Assembly (NCBI RefSeq): GCF_001194135.2 | Contig: NC_068990.1 | Coordinates: 56,207,524-56,271,523 of the forward strand | Source: Octopus bimaculoides | Taxonomy: Eukaryota | DNA: 64,000 nucleotides | Reading direction: 5' to 3' | Shown here: in pieces, positions 24,860-37,637 of the stretch | Numbering within the stretch: the stretch's first letter is position 1 | How the letters are laid out: each line of letters opens with the position of its first letter | Program-made: the position numbers and the translations under genes | The notes under the pieces: model-generated | Told to the model about the DNA's origin: nothing | The model's input: only the letters and a program-made list of their open reading frames with translations | Database searches by the model: none

Positions 24860-26780
24860 ATATTTTCAAATTTTGTCACAAGGCCTGATATTTTCGGATA
24901 GGCACTGTCGATTACATCGACCTCAGTGCTCATCTGGTACTTGTTTGACTGACGCCGAAGGGATGAAAGACAAATTCGACCAGAGGAATTTGAATACAAA
25001 GTGCAAAACCGGAATAAATGTCACTAAATATTTCTCCAGGCGTACTAAAGTTTCTTATTTCTTTACTGTCCACAAAGGGCTACACACAGAGGGGACAAAC
25101 AAGTACAGACAAACGGATTAAGCCGATTATATCGACCAAAGTGCGTAACTGGTACTTATTTAATGGACCCCGAAAGGATGAAAGGCAAAGTCGACCTCGG
25201 CGGAATTTGAACTCAGAACATGATGTCTTCAAATACCGCTAAAAATTTCGCCCGGTGTGCTAACGTTTCTGCCAGCTCGCCGTACTAAAGTTTCTTATTT
25301 CTTTATTACCCACAAGGGGCTAAACATAGAGGGAACAAACAAGGACAGACAAAAAGATTAAGTCGATTACATCGACCCCAGTGCGTAACTGGTACTTAAT
25401 TTATCGACCCCGAAAGGATGAAAGGCAAAGTCGACCTCGGCGGAATTTGAACTCAGAACGTAAAGACAGACGAAATACCGCTAAGAATTTCGCCCGGTGT
25501 GCTAACGTTTTTGGCAGCTCGTTGTCTTAATTACATAGATAATATTACTCATGATAGTCGCATAAATATTACTGATACAGTTACAGAGATATTCACTCAA
25601 GTCAGTAAAAAAAGGGTTCCATTCATTCGAGGTAGCCGATACTTANNNNNNNNNNTGATACAGTTACAGAGATATTCACTCAAGTCAGTAAAAAAAGGGT
25701 TCCATTCATTCGAGGTAGCCGATACTTACTCTGCTTAGGGTTACACATATTTTACAAAGGGAGAGACATTGTTATTCATAAGCAATTGTAACTATCAATG
25801 GGATTAGGTCGATTACATCGACCCCAGTGCGTAACTTGTACTTAATTTATCGACCTCGAAAGGATGAAAGGCAAAGCCGACCTCGGCGGAATTTGAACTC
25901 TGAACGTAACGGCAGGGGAAATACTGCTATGCACTTCGCCCGGCGTGCTAACGTTTCTGCCAGCACGCTGCTGTACTAAAGTTTCTGCCAGCGCGCTGCC
26001 TTACCACCGTTAAATATTGGTTTCAAATTTTGGCACAAGGCCAGCAATTTTACTGGAGGAGCATGTGGATTACATCGACCCCAGTGTTCAACCGGTGCTA
26101 ATTTCACCGACGCTCAAGGAATTAAACGTAACGTCAACCTCGACAGCATATGAACTTAGAACATAAAATCGGGTGAAATGCTACTAAGTACTTTCTCCGG
26201 TGTGCTAACGATTCTCCCAGATCACCGCCTTAATTGCTACAAATACTGGTTTCAAATTTTGGCACAAGACCAGCAAGTTAGGGGGAGGTGGGTAAGTCTA
26301 TTACATCAACCCCGGTGTTCAACTCGTAGTCAACTCATTGTCACCGAAGGGATGAATGGTAAATTCACTTCGGCGGAAAGAGTGCAAAGCCGGAATAAAT
26401 GCTCCTAAGCATTTTGCTTAGTATGCTTAATAATTCTACCAGCTCGCCCCTTCCTGGTATATATAATTGACTGTTACTTCTTAGCCTACCAGCAAAAAGC
26501 AAACTTAGTGCAAAGGACATCCCAAAGTGTTGCTGCTCGGGCAAGAAACTGTCGAGAAATATATTTAGGACAAAGAGATAGTTACTTCAAGCATATAAGT
26601 TATTAATAGATTGGCACAGATGCTGCTATAATAGTAGAAATAGATGAAATAGATTTTGGTTTCGAATTTTGACACAAGCCCAGCAGTTATGGGAGGAATT
26701 TGATCTCGGAACATAAAAACAGGCGAAATGGTGTTATGCATGTAGACCGGAGCGTTAGCGATTCTGCCAACTCATCGCCC
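24860..26780 (-). mobile_element. Cluster of ~7 SINE family A copies in the same orientation, enclosing a duplicated 188-bp flank
   Basis: Repeated reverse consensus; two copies carry a variant tail (GGACAAACAAG(G/T)ACAGACAAA..GATTAAG). Confidence 0.9.
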
Positions 26781-27254
26781 TTCCACGTGCCTGTATTAGA
26801 AAGGATCATATATAGATCAGTTCTTGATTAATACGTCAGTCTAACGATCTCAGAAATAAGAAAGGTACATTCAATCACCGAGAGAAATTGAAATCAGAAG
26901 GTAAAGGAGTCGTGTAACTAAACACCGCCAACCCAGAAACAATAATATTAATATCACCAACAGTTGCTCTAACTATATTCATTTCTAGATGTGCATACAA
27001 TAAAGAGAGGAGAAAAAAAAAACAATGAAAGTATGCAAAGAAGAATTGACTGGCTTAAGCTACAATACAAAGAGTAGAGGGGAGAGGTACTGGTGGCAGT
27101 AGCAGTGAGATGTAAGGCACATGGAAAAACAATACATTCTTTGATTTCCAAGAAGATGATACTGCCGAGAGACAAAAGGACTAGAATAGAGAATAAGCTT
27201 TGTTCTTTTCAGAAGTAAGTAAAATAAAGAATTGTTTCAACTCAGATAGCTGAT

Positions 27255-27258
<4 letters not shown>

Positions 27259-27329
<71 letters not shown>

Positions 27330-27576
27330 TATATATATATATGTATATATATAAATATATATATACACGCACACACACACATACATACATACATACACAT
27401 ATATGTGTGTGTGTATGTGTGTGTGTGTGCGCGTGTGTGCGCGCGTGAATGCGAGTGTGTGTGTATGTATGTATGTATGCACACACACATATAATGTATA
27501 TATGTATGTACATAGTATGTATATGTCTTTATTTCTGATATGTATATATATTTATATATGTATATATGTTTATATT

Positions 27577-27670
<94 letters not shown>
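27259..27670. repeat. Long (TA)n/(CA)n/(TG)n compound microsatellite
   Basis: Direct reading. Confidence 0.95.
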
Positions 27671-27674
<4 letters not shown>

Positions 27675-28267
27675 CTTCAGGTGAACTTCCCTATTTTCCG
27701 TGTTGTTTCCACTGCTAGACATTGTGAACTACCATCAATAAACAACTGGTTTGTGTTGTAGCAGTCATTATACAATTATACATAGATACTCCAATTCCGC
27801 AGCACTACAAAACCACTGAATTCATACAGCTTAGATGTCTGCTTAAAGCAAACAAAAGAAAGATAATAAAACAATATCTTATTGTTCTCTGTTATCTTCC
27901 CTACATAGAAATATGTTTTTGCTGAATTTCTATAGTTTTATATATTTGTTGTAACAATAATCGGGTCTCAGGGCAAATAATCGACCAGCGAGTATTACTT
28001 TTCTTTTGCTCTTGACAAAGTACAGTAACAAGAGGACTGTCTATATTATTACCACGTACTTCATAATTTAAAAACATGTCTAGCAAGTAGTTGGTCTAAA
28101 AAGAGAAGCCTCTGGCTTCGATGTAAGTTTAGGATTTGCAAGAAGTAGCAACCAAATCTCTCATCATATGTTGCGCTAGCGTGTCACGATGGTACGAACA
28201 CAGTGGTACGGTTATCTATCTACTATATATATTTTCGTATAGTATATCCTTTGTGTACATCAAAGTG

Positions 28268-28653
28268 TGTTGTTGTTGGCACTCCGTCGCTTACGACGTC
28301 GAGGGTTCCAGTTGATCCGATCAACGGAACAGTCTGCTCGTGAAATTAACGTGCAAGTGGCTGAGCACTCCACAGACACGTGTACCCTTAACGTAGTTCG
28401 CAGGGAGATTCAGCATGACACAGTGTGACAAGGCTGACCCTTTGAATTACAGGCACAACAGAAGCAGGAAGTAAGAGTGAGAGAAAGTTGTGGTGAAAGA
28501 GTACAACAAGGTTCGCCATCATCCCCTGCCAGAGCCTCGTGGAGCTTTAGGTGTTTTCTCTCAATAAACACTTACAACGCCCGGTCTGGGAATCGAAACC
28601 GTGATCCTATGATCGCGAGGCCGCTGCCCTAACCACTAGGCCATTGCGCCTCT
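28268..28653 (-). mobile_element. tRNA-derived SINE family B (~390 bp, (CAA)n tail), full length
   Basis: Reverse of AGAGGCGCAATGGCCTAGTGGTTAGGGCAGCG...GGTTTCGATTCCCAGACCGGGCG...CGACGTCGTAAGCGACGGAGTGCCAACAACAAC. Size and structure suggest the octopus OK family (unverified). Confidence 0.9.
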
Positions 28654-29917
28654 ACTGCGTACACCAACATATACTAATAAACTTACATATATCAGCACAT
28701 ATTGTTTTATATACACCAGCACATACTAATTTTTAAGTTTATCTCTGTAGATTTTCTTTAGAATTCAGTCAATACTCAAAGTTACGACGTTTCAAACACG
28801 TCTATGTAAACAACGCGATCGAAGATAGATAAAATATGGGTAGTGATTGTATATGCGTATTACAGGAACTATTTCTCATTCATCAGTACTAGATCCAACC
28901 CATCAAGTATCCGTGAACACATTGATTAAATAGCCACTAAGTTTAGTGGTGAAACACAATTGTGTAGACCAATTTACATATTAAATACATCCTTAGCAAC
29001 TGCTATGTACATATTCATCGCTGGGAAGGACGCAGTATTTTGTTTTTCAATCATAATATCCTACCAAGAATATTGCATTGTGTCATACCTTGTATAAGTG
29101 GTGTGATGCCTTCCCTTTAAATTTTTTCTTTATAGATTTCCTATAGAATTCTGTACCAGGACTGAAAGTTACGATGTTCGTACATACTAATATACTGCAA
29201 GTTATGATGTTAGTACATACTAATATACTCATGTGTAGAGGGCATAAAAATTATTTATATACTCTTGCGCATACTAATAATTCACTTATATTACACCTTG
29301 ACATATTAATTCCTATTCATACACTAATACGCTTATATATACCTGTACACAATAATTCCTTCGTATATAACAGTACATATGAAAACACACACGAACACAC
29401 ACGCATGCACATACATACATACGCACACACAAATACGTGCAACGCACTTATACTGAATCAACAAAGACGTCTTTAGTCTGTCGCCTGACGTACTAGAAAC
29501 AGTAGCCAAATCTCTCTAAAATGACATCTATTGTACTAAATAAGAAACAATACATTCGATATTTTAATTGACAGCTTATAAAAAAGACGGACGGTCAAAT
29601 CATGTTGTTTTCTATATTCAATCTTCTCAAATAGAACTACTGTCGGAATTGACAACCCATCTAAACTATATCAACGAGGCAAATTGATCAGCAGTAAATT
29701 GATCAACAAGATAATTGCCAAAACTTCAATAAACCACACTCTACTATCTTTCACCAGCAGACAGTCACTCTCAAATACTCTATGTTATCTCTGGAATAGT
29801 GTCGTTAAATGTATCAATCAGTGAATCTGAAATAAGGAAATGGAAAGATATTTCTCTTTTTAAAAAAATGGTGGGTGGTTTATGATTCACTGATTGTTTA
29901 TTGACGAAATTGGTCAA

Positions 29918-30069
29918 GGTGCGGCTGTGTGGTAAGTTTGATTCCCAAACATATGGTGCCAGTTTCAGTCCTACTGCATGGGACCTTGAGCAAGTGTTTC
30001 TGGTACAGCCTCGGGCTCACAAAACCTTATGAGGGATTAGGTAGACAGAAAAACTGAAAGAAGCCCGTC

Positions 30070-30105
<36 letters not shown>

Positions 30106-30186
30106 NNNNNNNNNNNNNNNNNNNNNNNNNNNNNNNNNNNNNNNNNNNNNNNNNNNNNNNNNNNNNNNNNNNNNNNNNNNNNNNNN

Positions 30187-30222
<36 letters not shown>

Positions 30223-30450
30223 CGTGTGCGTGTTTGTCCCCACCATCACCTGACAACTGGTGTAGGTTTGTTTACGTCTCTGTAACTTAGCGATTCGGCA
30301 AAGGAGAAACGGTACAGTGAGTACCAGACTTTAAAAGGAATAATTATTGAGGTCAATCCATTCCTCTAAAAAAATTTTAAAAAAACCTTCAAGATGGTGC
30401 CTCAGCATGGCCGCAGTCTAATGACTGAAGAAAGTAAAACATAAAACATA
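29918..30450 (+). mobile_element. SINE family C with N gap in its internal microsatellite
   Basis: GGTGCGGCTGTGTGGTAAG...GGACCTTGAGCAAGTG...(TA)n-gap-(TG)n...CAGCATGGCCGCAGTC. Confidence 0.9.
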
Positions 30451-30709
30451 GCTGAATATCCACGCTGTTCGGAATACTGCCAACGATGTCTGTGTCATTT
30501 TTTTTTTAATCAGTCATGTCATGTGATTAAATCGAAAGCTGCGTAACCTGGTGTTTGCTGTGAAAAAGAATGGATACCATCGTTAAAGCTAACAACCACG
30601 TGGTCATTCACCTGATCAACCAAGTCGTCAACCAGATGCCCAAAAGCTTTGAAACCCGCCTACGACGACAACCGTTTCGTTATATCAGAATCAACGATTA
30701 TTAATTAAT

Positions 30710-30922
30710 CCTTTCTACTATAGGCACAAAGCCTGAAATTTGGGGGAGGGGGATCGGCGATTAGATCGACCCCAGTGTGTAACTGGCACTTAGTTTATCG
30801 ACTCCGAAAGGCTGAAAGGCAAAGTCGACCTCAGCGGAATTTGAACTCAGAACGTAGAGACAGACGGAATACCGCTAAGCATTTCGCCCGGCGTGCTAAC
30901 GATTCTGCCAGATCGCCACCTT
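30710..30922 (-). mobile_element. SINE family A, full length
   Basis: Near-consensus copy. Confidence 0.9.
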
Positions 30923-31713
30923 AATAATTACTGTTAATTAATAATCAGACGAAATACCACTAAGCAGTGTACCGAGCGTAATAACGACTCTGTCAGTTCG
31001 CCGTATAAAGTAATTGAGACATATTACTAATAACTTCGTATCGATAAACCGATTTCATTGACAGATATCGACATAGTACTGCAGGGGCAGTTAGGATATC
31101 CAGAAATGCGAAGAATACAGATACCTAATTGAGATAAAAGTTAGCAATTGGTGCTCTAATGCACCGTAAAAACATACTAGTCGTTGCTGCTGTTGTTATT
31201 GTTTAACTTAATGTCAGTACTGGTTGATCAAAGCTATTGTTAGAGAAGTTCTGACAGTGACCATCCCATCTTTTCGTCAATGAGTGCACATAGAATCATA
31301 TTATTCAATGTATCCTTATATTCTATGATGTTCTAATGTGATTTACAGAACATTTCCTTCTGTCTCTAGTCTAACGAGCATGTAGGGGTTCTTTCGTTCG
31401 CTTAATATTTACTCTGAATAGATTAAGGCGGAGTCAATTGACTAAACACTTTATTTAACCTTATTTGGCCTTTTGGCCAGTCAAGAGAAATTAGAATAGT
31501 GAAACTATAAGAGCTGTTTATGAACACAGCACTGGAGACTATATGTATATTCTTGTTCGTCTACTGCGTTCAAATTCTACCAGGGTACTTAGTAGTTTAT
31601 TTCTTCTGAGTAGTACCCGTGAAATAGTGTCATCAATTCTGTTTGTTAGCTTTTTCCCTAACAAAAATTAACTCTGAAGTTATAACAAAATAAGAGATAC
31701 CGTTCATAAATTA

Positions 31714-32610
31714 CACAGGCCAACATAGAAATTCTACTGAAATACTATTAAAAATCTTAAACATCTTAGAAACAACTTAATGATAAATTATATCATTGTT
31801 TATGCTTAACTTCCTATAAATTTGCATTTGGATAATTTTTCTTTTAGTTCTGAACATTAGAAAGATCATAAGCAACTTTATGATCACTTATGAAAGTCCT
31901 AACTTATGAAAGTCCTAACTTATGAAAGTCCTAACTTATGAAAGTCCTAACTTATGAAAGTCCTAACTTATGAAAGTCCTCCAGTATGTTGTCGACTATT
32001 CCGGCATAGTTGGCTGCTTTCTTGTTGCCGAGAAAGTCATTACAAATTAATTCCATGCCGTTGTTTCAATGCAATTCATTGAATTTACAAAGTTCCCATC
32101 TTTCACCAATTTTCTTATCTTAGGCCCATCAAATACTCTGTCTTTCATTTTTTCATTGCTCAAACCGGGAAATATGCTGCAGACATAGTGAAAGCATGGT
32201 CCTTCTTTATTCAGAGTTTTAACAAACTGTTACATAATGCTAAGTTTGCTAAGTTTGATATGGAGTGTAAGTAGGATGATTTTTCCTGGTTGAACCAAAA
32301 GTTCTTCAACCACATTAAAAGACCCTGGAACTAATGTTTGCTACCGCCATTCTTTGATACCCTAATGATATTCAATGGCTCTGCTGTCCCACATACATAA
32401 AATTCATGGATATTATATTTGGGGTATCCACTCTGTTTCCCAGGAAAAAATTGATCATCATAAAATCCAAGCATATCACCCACTGATGATTGGGGATTTA
32501 GATAATTGACATCCAGACATAAAGGTAAAAAATGGATTCGATTTTTAGATTCAGCATATCAAAAAACCCCTCCAAATCAGTAAAAAGATCACAATTCCTG
32601 TTGGACTGTG
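31714..32610 (-). mobile_element. Internally deleted Chapaev3-like (CMC superfamily) DNA transposon, 897 bp
   Basis: TIR CACAG(G/T)CCAACA (11/12), TTA TSD both sides (31711-13, 32611-13); minus-strand remnant LCMWDSRA...LHIKL...FVK..NKEGPCF...FPGLSNEKMK.RVFDGPKIRKL...DFLGNKKAANY. Confidence 0.85.
31886..31980. repeat. Perfect 16-bp minisatellite x~6 (ACTTATGAAAGTCCTA)
   Basis: Direct reading; lies at the internal deletion junction of the Chapaev3-like element. Confidence 0.95.
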
Positions 32611-32629
32611 TTATTTAGTTATGTAGCTT

Positions 32630-33420
32630 ACTTGTATTATATGTCAGGTCGCTCTTGAGTGCTACTGATAACATGTAACCCAGTACAACCTGTCACATGG
32701 TCAGGTCGTCGGTGACTTAACTGGTAACCCAATCAAGCTTGCTTGGTGAGGAGGATGATTTTTGGACACCCTGCGGGGCGAAACCGCTGAAGAAACTTTT
32801 AACAAATGCGAAGCTTTATACAACAACCACGAAACCAACGGTTAAAAAATGTGGACGCTTAAACTGTGGAACATGCCCCAAACTACTTGAAGGCTTTGAT
32901 TTCCTTTTCAATCAAGGAGAGAGGTTCACACTTAAAACCAACTTCACTTGTGCTTCTGAGAACCTAATTTATGTAATAACCTGCTCGGCTTTTGAACATC
33001 ACTATATAGGATAGACGAGTATGACATTGAGACGGAGAACCACTCTATATAAACAGCAATTCTGGTTCCCGCAATACAGAAAAATTCCTTTAAGTGAACA
33101 CATAGAAAGATGTGCAGGTAGCATCAACCAAATTTCACAGTTTTCTCCTTCTACCAGTGCAAAGATACAATTTCTTTACAAGAACATTTAAATAAAGAAA
33201 ATTTATTCATCGAAAAATACAGAACAGATCTAAATATGCACGCATAACCAACTTTGATCTCCATACATATTTTAATTCACGATTACATACCCATCACTGT
33301 TCATATTTCTCCCCACTACTCTAGTTTTTGAATTTTTGTGTATTTATATACCCCCCACCACCACCACCGAAAGATGAACAATTAGCTCCCCTGTCCACAA
33401 TAACAACGATAACTAATTAC
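32630..33420 (+). mobile_element. Penelope-like element remnant (GIY-YIG endonuclease, ~32787-33240)
   Basis: LKKLLTNAKL...CGRLNCGTC...FTCASENLIYVITC...YIG*TSMTLRRR...ENLFIEKYR.DLN. Confidence 0.85.
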
Positions 33421-34611
33421 CTCCCCTTAGATTTTTTTCCGAGTCTTGTGCCTATATTAGAAAGGATTGCGAAATAATTCTTGAGAAGAACGCCGACCAC
33501 TCCAAAGCTATAAGAACTATTGCCTTTCATACATATGATTTGGAACGACAATCCATATTTGCTTTAGAATGAAGTCTTCTTAAGAGTATGAGTCGTGAAA
33601 AGAAATGGAGGAAAAACGAAGCATATTTTGGGAATACTTGAGGCAATTTATTCATGTGCAATATATTGCAGACCATGATATATTGCGTACACATAAGCTC
33701 TGTTATCGTTATCTGTATAGCAGTTATAAGTATGCGTACAGTTCAGTAGACTTTTACAATATTTAATCAAAAGGGAATATGCTTTTAATCATTTACAAAG
33801 CAATTTGTCTGTTTTCGCTTAATTGTTCTTTTAAAAGCGCACACCTGGGCTCATCTGAAATGATCTTTTGAGAAATTCCCATGTTCGTACAATTCCTCGA
33901 GTACCCGACCACCTGCATGAACCAACACACAAAATTAGAAAACAAAGAGAAAAACGTCTAGACAGTGATAATATTGTTTATAAAACAACTACTCCTTTTA
34001 TGTGTAAATCTTTTGCAAGAGTGATAGAAAGAGGGGGAGGGAGAGAGTGGGCAGGGTGGGCAGAGAGAAAAATAATCCACACTGAATTTAAAAAGACATA
34101 TACAGAGTCAGACAGATAATAGGTTTATCTTGTGTGGGGCTTCTTTTGTTTTCTTTGCAAACTACATGTAGCTGGAAGTATCTGCTGTTCTGGCTATTGT
34201 TGATGTGTAACAATATTTGCACTATTTTGACTAGTATTTTGTCATGATTCTCTACTTAACTAAAAGATAGATTTACGATAAAGACATCATAAACCCATAT
34301 AGGTATATAAATAGAAGGCAAAAAGAACACTTAAGTAAATTTTTCACCAGACACTCGCCCCACACGCATCTTTACTTTATCATTATCGTAGTACGTGTGT
34401 GAGCGTGTACGCTAGTGTGTACACGTGCAAGTACATATGTACATTTGTCGGTGTGTGAATATGATAGAATGCACAATTCAGCACTTGTACGTGCATGCGT
34501 GCGTTTGTGCTCCTTCTGCAATATGAAACGCTAATATTGAACTGTTTTGAGAAGAACTAACGACATTGGAATAATCATGTCGATATGTCATGGCTATCGG
34601 AAGAAAAAAAG

Positions 34612-34660
<49 letters not shown>

Positions 34661-34929
34661 CAGGACTGATACACATACCGCATGTCCATATACGCATGCA
34701 TACACTCACTCCCACATACATGCATTTATATACGTATCAGTGACGGAACTTCTACATGGTCGTTCGTCATGTTAAGAATGGCAGTCAAATCTCTTTGAAA
34801 CCGCTATCTATCACTGAACTACCTTGTTTGTATTTAAGAAAAATGAAATGGAGTCACCTGACAATAGGCACTTGGTTGCAGGCTCTCCTCGCTGGATGGA
34901 TGTTTTTTTCTCAATGTTGTTCTCCATGT

Positions 34930-35700
34930 CAGCCCTGAGAAGGAAGACTCATGATTTTAACCTGTTTTGATTATGACCATCAAGTCCATTTTTCTTCAGA
35001 CATTATATATCTTCGAGTATATTACCCATTGTGGATTGGGACTCCTGATTTTTTTTCTTTTTTAGGACAAAAAGCTCCGAAGCGGCCTGGTATACCCCAC
35101 GAGTGGTATCTTGGCCTCCTTCTGATCTCAACTACAACATGTAGCCTCACTCTTTTGGGTAACTGAATGATGTGTGGGACCTTTTCCAACTCCTTTGGCT
35201 TGATGTTGAGGAGGATCTCCACTGTGGTTCCAAGCGAAAACTCCCTCCCCGTTCATTTTACGTCCAAGGATGTGTTATTGTCCTCCAGAAACATCCATTA
35301 GATATTCAACACAGATGGAATACTCCCTAGCTTTATGTGACAGATCCTTCTCGGTAAATATGAGTTCCCTGCCACGTATGGGAGCTATAACGTATTTCAA
35401 TGCGAGATCTCCACTCATGAAGAGAAACCCTACCCTCCTGAACTGCTTTCTCTGGTCACATGAGATCTATCTACACATATTATTTTTAGGGCTCTTTGCA
35501 CATGGGCGTATGTTCCTACATTCCGGTTTCGGGTTTTAGTCGACATACAGAGGTGCAGCACCGTTTTCCGAGGAGTCGCTGTCAAAACCTCCCATTCACC
35601 TTCACAAACTTTTTATGGCAGTGTCATCTGTTGCTTCTTGACATTGTGTCGTTGTGTGAAGTCTTGTGTTGATTTCGCCGCCAGTCCAGCAAAATATTGC
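34930..35700 (-). mobile_element. Degenerate LINE ORF1 (gag-like zinc knuckle), copy 1
   Basis: VVVEIRRRPRYHSWGIPGRFGAFCP converts to CX2CX4HX4C by three single-base changes; homologous to 39450-40090. Confidence 0.6.
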
Positions 35701-35849
35701 TTGTACCTTCAATTGCTTCATCACTTTCTTTGTCGTCATAATTATTCTTCGTAGTTCTTGTTGCTACTGCTGTTGTTGTTGATGATTTTATTGTTGGTGT
35801 TGTAGTTACTGCAGCTGTTCTCGTTTTTGCTTTGTGTTCTTAAAACTAA

Positions 35850-35970
35850 TTTTACTTATTTCATCGACTTAGAAAGGGTAAAAGGCAAGGTCGACCTCGG
35901 CGGAATTTGAACCCAGAGCGTAAAGATACACAAAATATCGCTACTAACAATCCTGCCAGCTCGCGCCTTA
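35850..35970 (-). mobile_element. SINE family A, partial
   Basis: GGCAAGGTCGACCTCGGCGGAATTTGAAC. Confidence 0.85.
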
Positions 35971-36213
35971 ACAAAGACTAGCCGTACCCGTGAACATTAC
36001 AAGGAATTAATGGTAAACTTATTGAGTTATTTCTGAAAACTTTATCCAAAAAAATCTGAAGGCGTAGCCTGTGTTGTGTTTGTAGGAAAAGATAGTCACT
36101 CATAAGCTAATCATTGAAAAGTGAAGGAAATTGGAATACGATGATTACTTAATGCACTTTATATATACATTTTTTATACTTTATGCATAATTCTATACAC
36201 TTAGTACACAGCA

Positions 36214-36554
36214 GTGGCGGCGCAATGGCCCAGTGGTTAGGGCAGCGTTGTGAGTGTTTATTGAGCGAAAACACCTAAAGCTCCACGAGGCTCCGGCAGG
36301 GGATGGTGGCGAACCCTGCTGTACTCTTCCACCACAACTTCTCTCACTCTTACTTCCTGTTTCTGTTGTGCCTGTAATTCAAAGGGTCAGCCTTGTCACA
36401 CTGTGTCACGCTGAATATCCCCGAGAACTGCTTTAAGGGTACACGTGTCTGTGGAGTGCTCAGCCACTTGCACGCTAATTTCACGAGCAGGCTGTTCCGT
36501 TGATCGGATCAACTGGAACCCTCGACGTCGTAAGCGACGGAGTGCCAACAACAC
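36214..36554 (+). mobile_element. SINE family B with 10-bp TSD and a deletion removing the B-box
   Basis: TSD GTACACAGCA (36204-36213, 36555-36564); head jumps from GGGCAGCG directly to TTGTGAGTG. Confidence 0.9.
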
Positions 36555-36709
36555 GTACACAGCACACTTCCTCTTCCTCTTTGACTCCTTACCTTACCCT
36601 CTTTTTCTTTCGCTCTTCGCCTGTCCTTTCATCTAGTCACGTGAAAGCGTACACAGACGGGCTAAGTAACGGACGAAAAAATCTTAGTTGAAAAATTACA
36701 CATTTCACT

Positions 36710-36975
36710 CATCACGTCCTCTCTCCTACTTATCCCCTCTCCCCTATTCCTCCTTTCCTCATTCGTCCCTCTCCATATCTCCCCGTTCCTCTCACTTCTC
36801 CCTTCCACTCTCCCTTCTCCATTCCACTCTCCCTTTTCCTTTCCACTCTCCCTTCTCCCTTCCACTCTCACTCCCTTCACTCCCTTCCATCTCCCACTCC
36901 ACCACACCTTCCTATCCTCACTCTCCCCGCCCTCTCATTCGTTTCCTCCTATTCCTCCACTCTCTCCCTTCAACT
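36710..36975. repeat. Polypyrimidine (C/T-rich) low-complexity tract
   Basis: Direct reading. Confidence 0.85.
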
Positions 36976-37034
36976 AATCACGTGGAAGCGTAACGGAGTG
37001 ACAAGCAGAATTGTTATAAGATAATAAATACTAT

Positions 37035-37620
37035 CAGTTTCAGATTTTGGCACAAGGCCAGCAAATTTGGGGAAGGGTTAAGACGATTACCCCGACCCCA
37101 GTGTTCAACTGGTACTTATTTTATCGACCCCGAAAGGATGAAAGGCAAAGGTGACCTCGGCGGAATTTGAACTCAATGCAAAGCTGGACGAAATGAATAA
37201 TATTAAAATTAACGATTATAATAGTTATTATTGATTAATAGTTAATGTCAATTAATAATCAGAATTATAATAATAATTATAATGATCAGAATGATAATTA
37301 TTAGAATAATCATTAATTAATAATCAGAACGTAAAGATGCGGTAGAAATGCCGCTAAGGGTTTTGTCCACGCTTTTACCATTCTTTCACTTCAATGCAAC
37401 ATCAACAACCATAATAAGAATTATTTCTGTGATAGGCACACTACATGAAATTTGGTGGAAGGGGGTTGGTCGATTTCATGAACCCCCAGTACTCAACTGG
37501 TACTTAGTTTATCTGAAGGCAAAAAAATTGAAAGGCAAAGTCGATCTCGGTGGATTTTGAACTTAGACTGTAAAGTCGGAAGAAATGCCGTTCAACATTT
37601 TCTCTATATCATTAACATTC
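37035..37620 (-). mobile_element. SINE family A copies (one interrupted by AT-rich sequence)
   Basis: Reverse consensus at ~37035-37200, resuming at ~37325-37370; another copy at ~37425-37620. Confidence 0.8.
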
Positions 37621-37637
37621 TTCCACAACATTGCAAC

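Noticed and set aside
25646-25725. Local repeat of ~70 bp across a 10-N gap
   Set aside because: Contig-overlap artefact within the genuine 188-bp duplication.
31886-31980. CRISPR-like regular repeat
   Set aside because: Contiguous 16-bp units with no spacers, in a eukaryotic transposon context.
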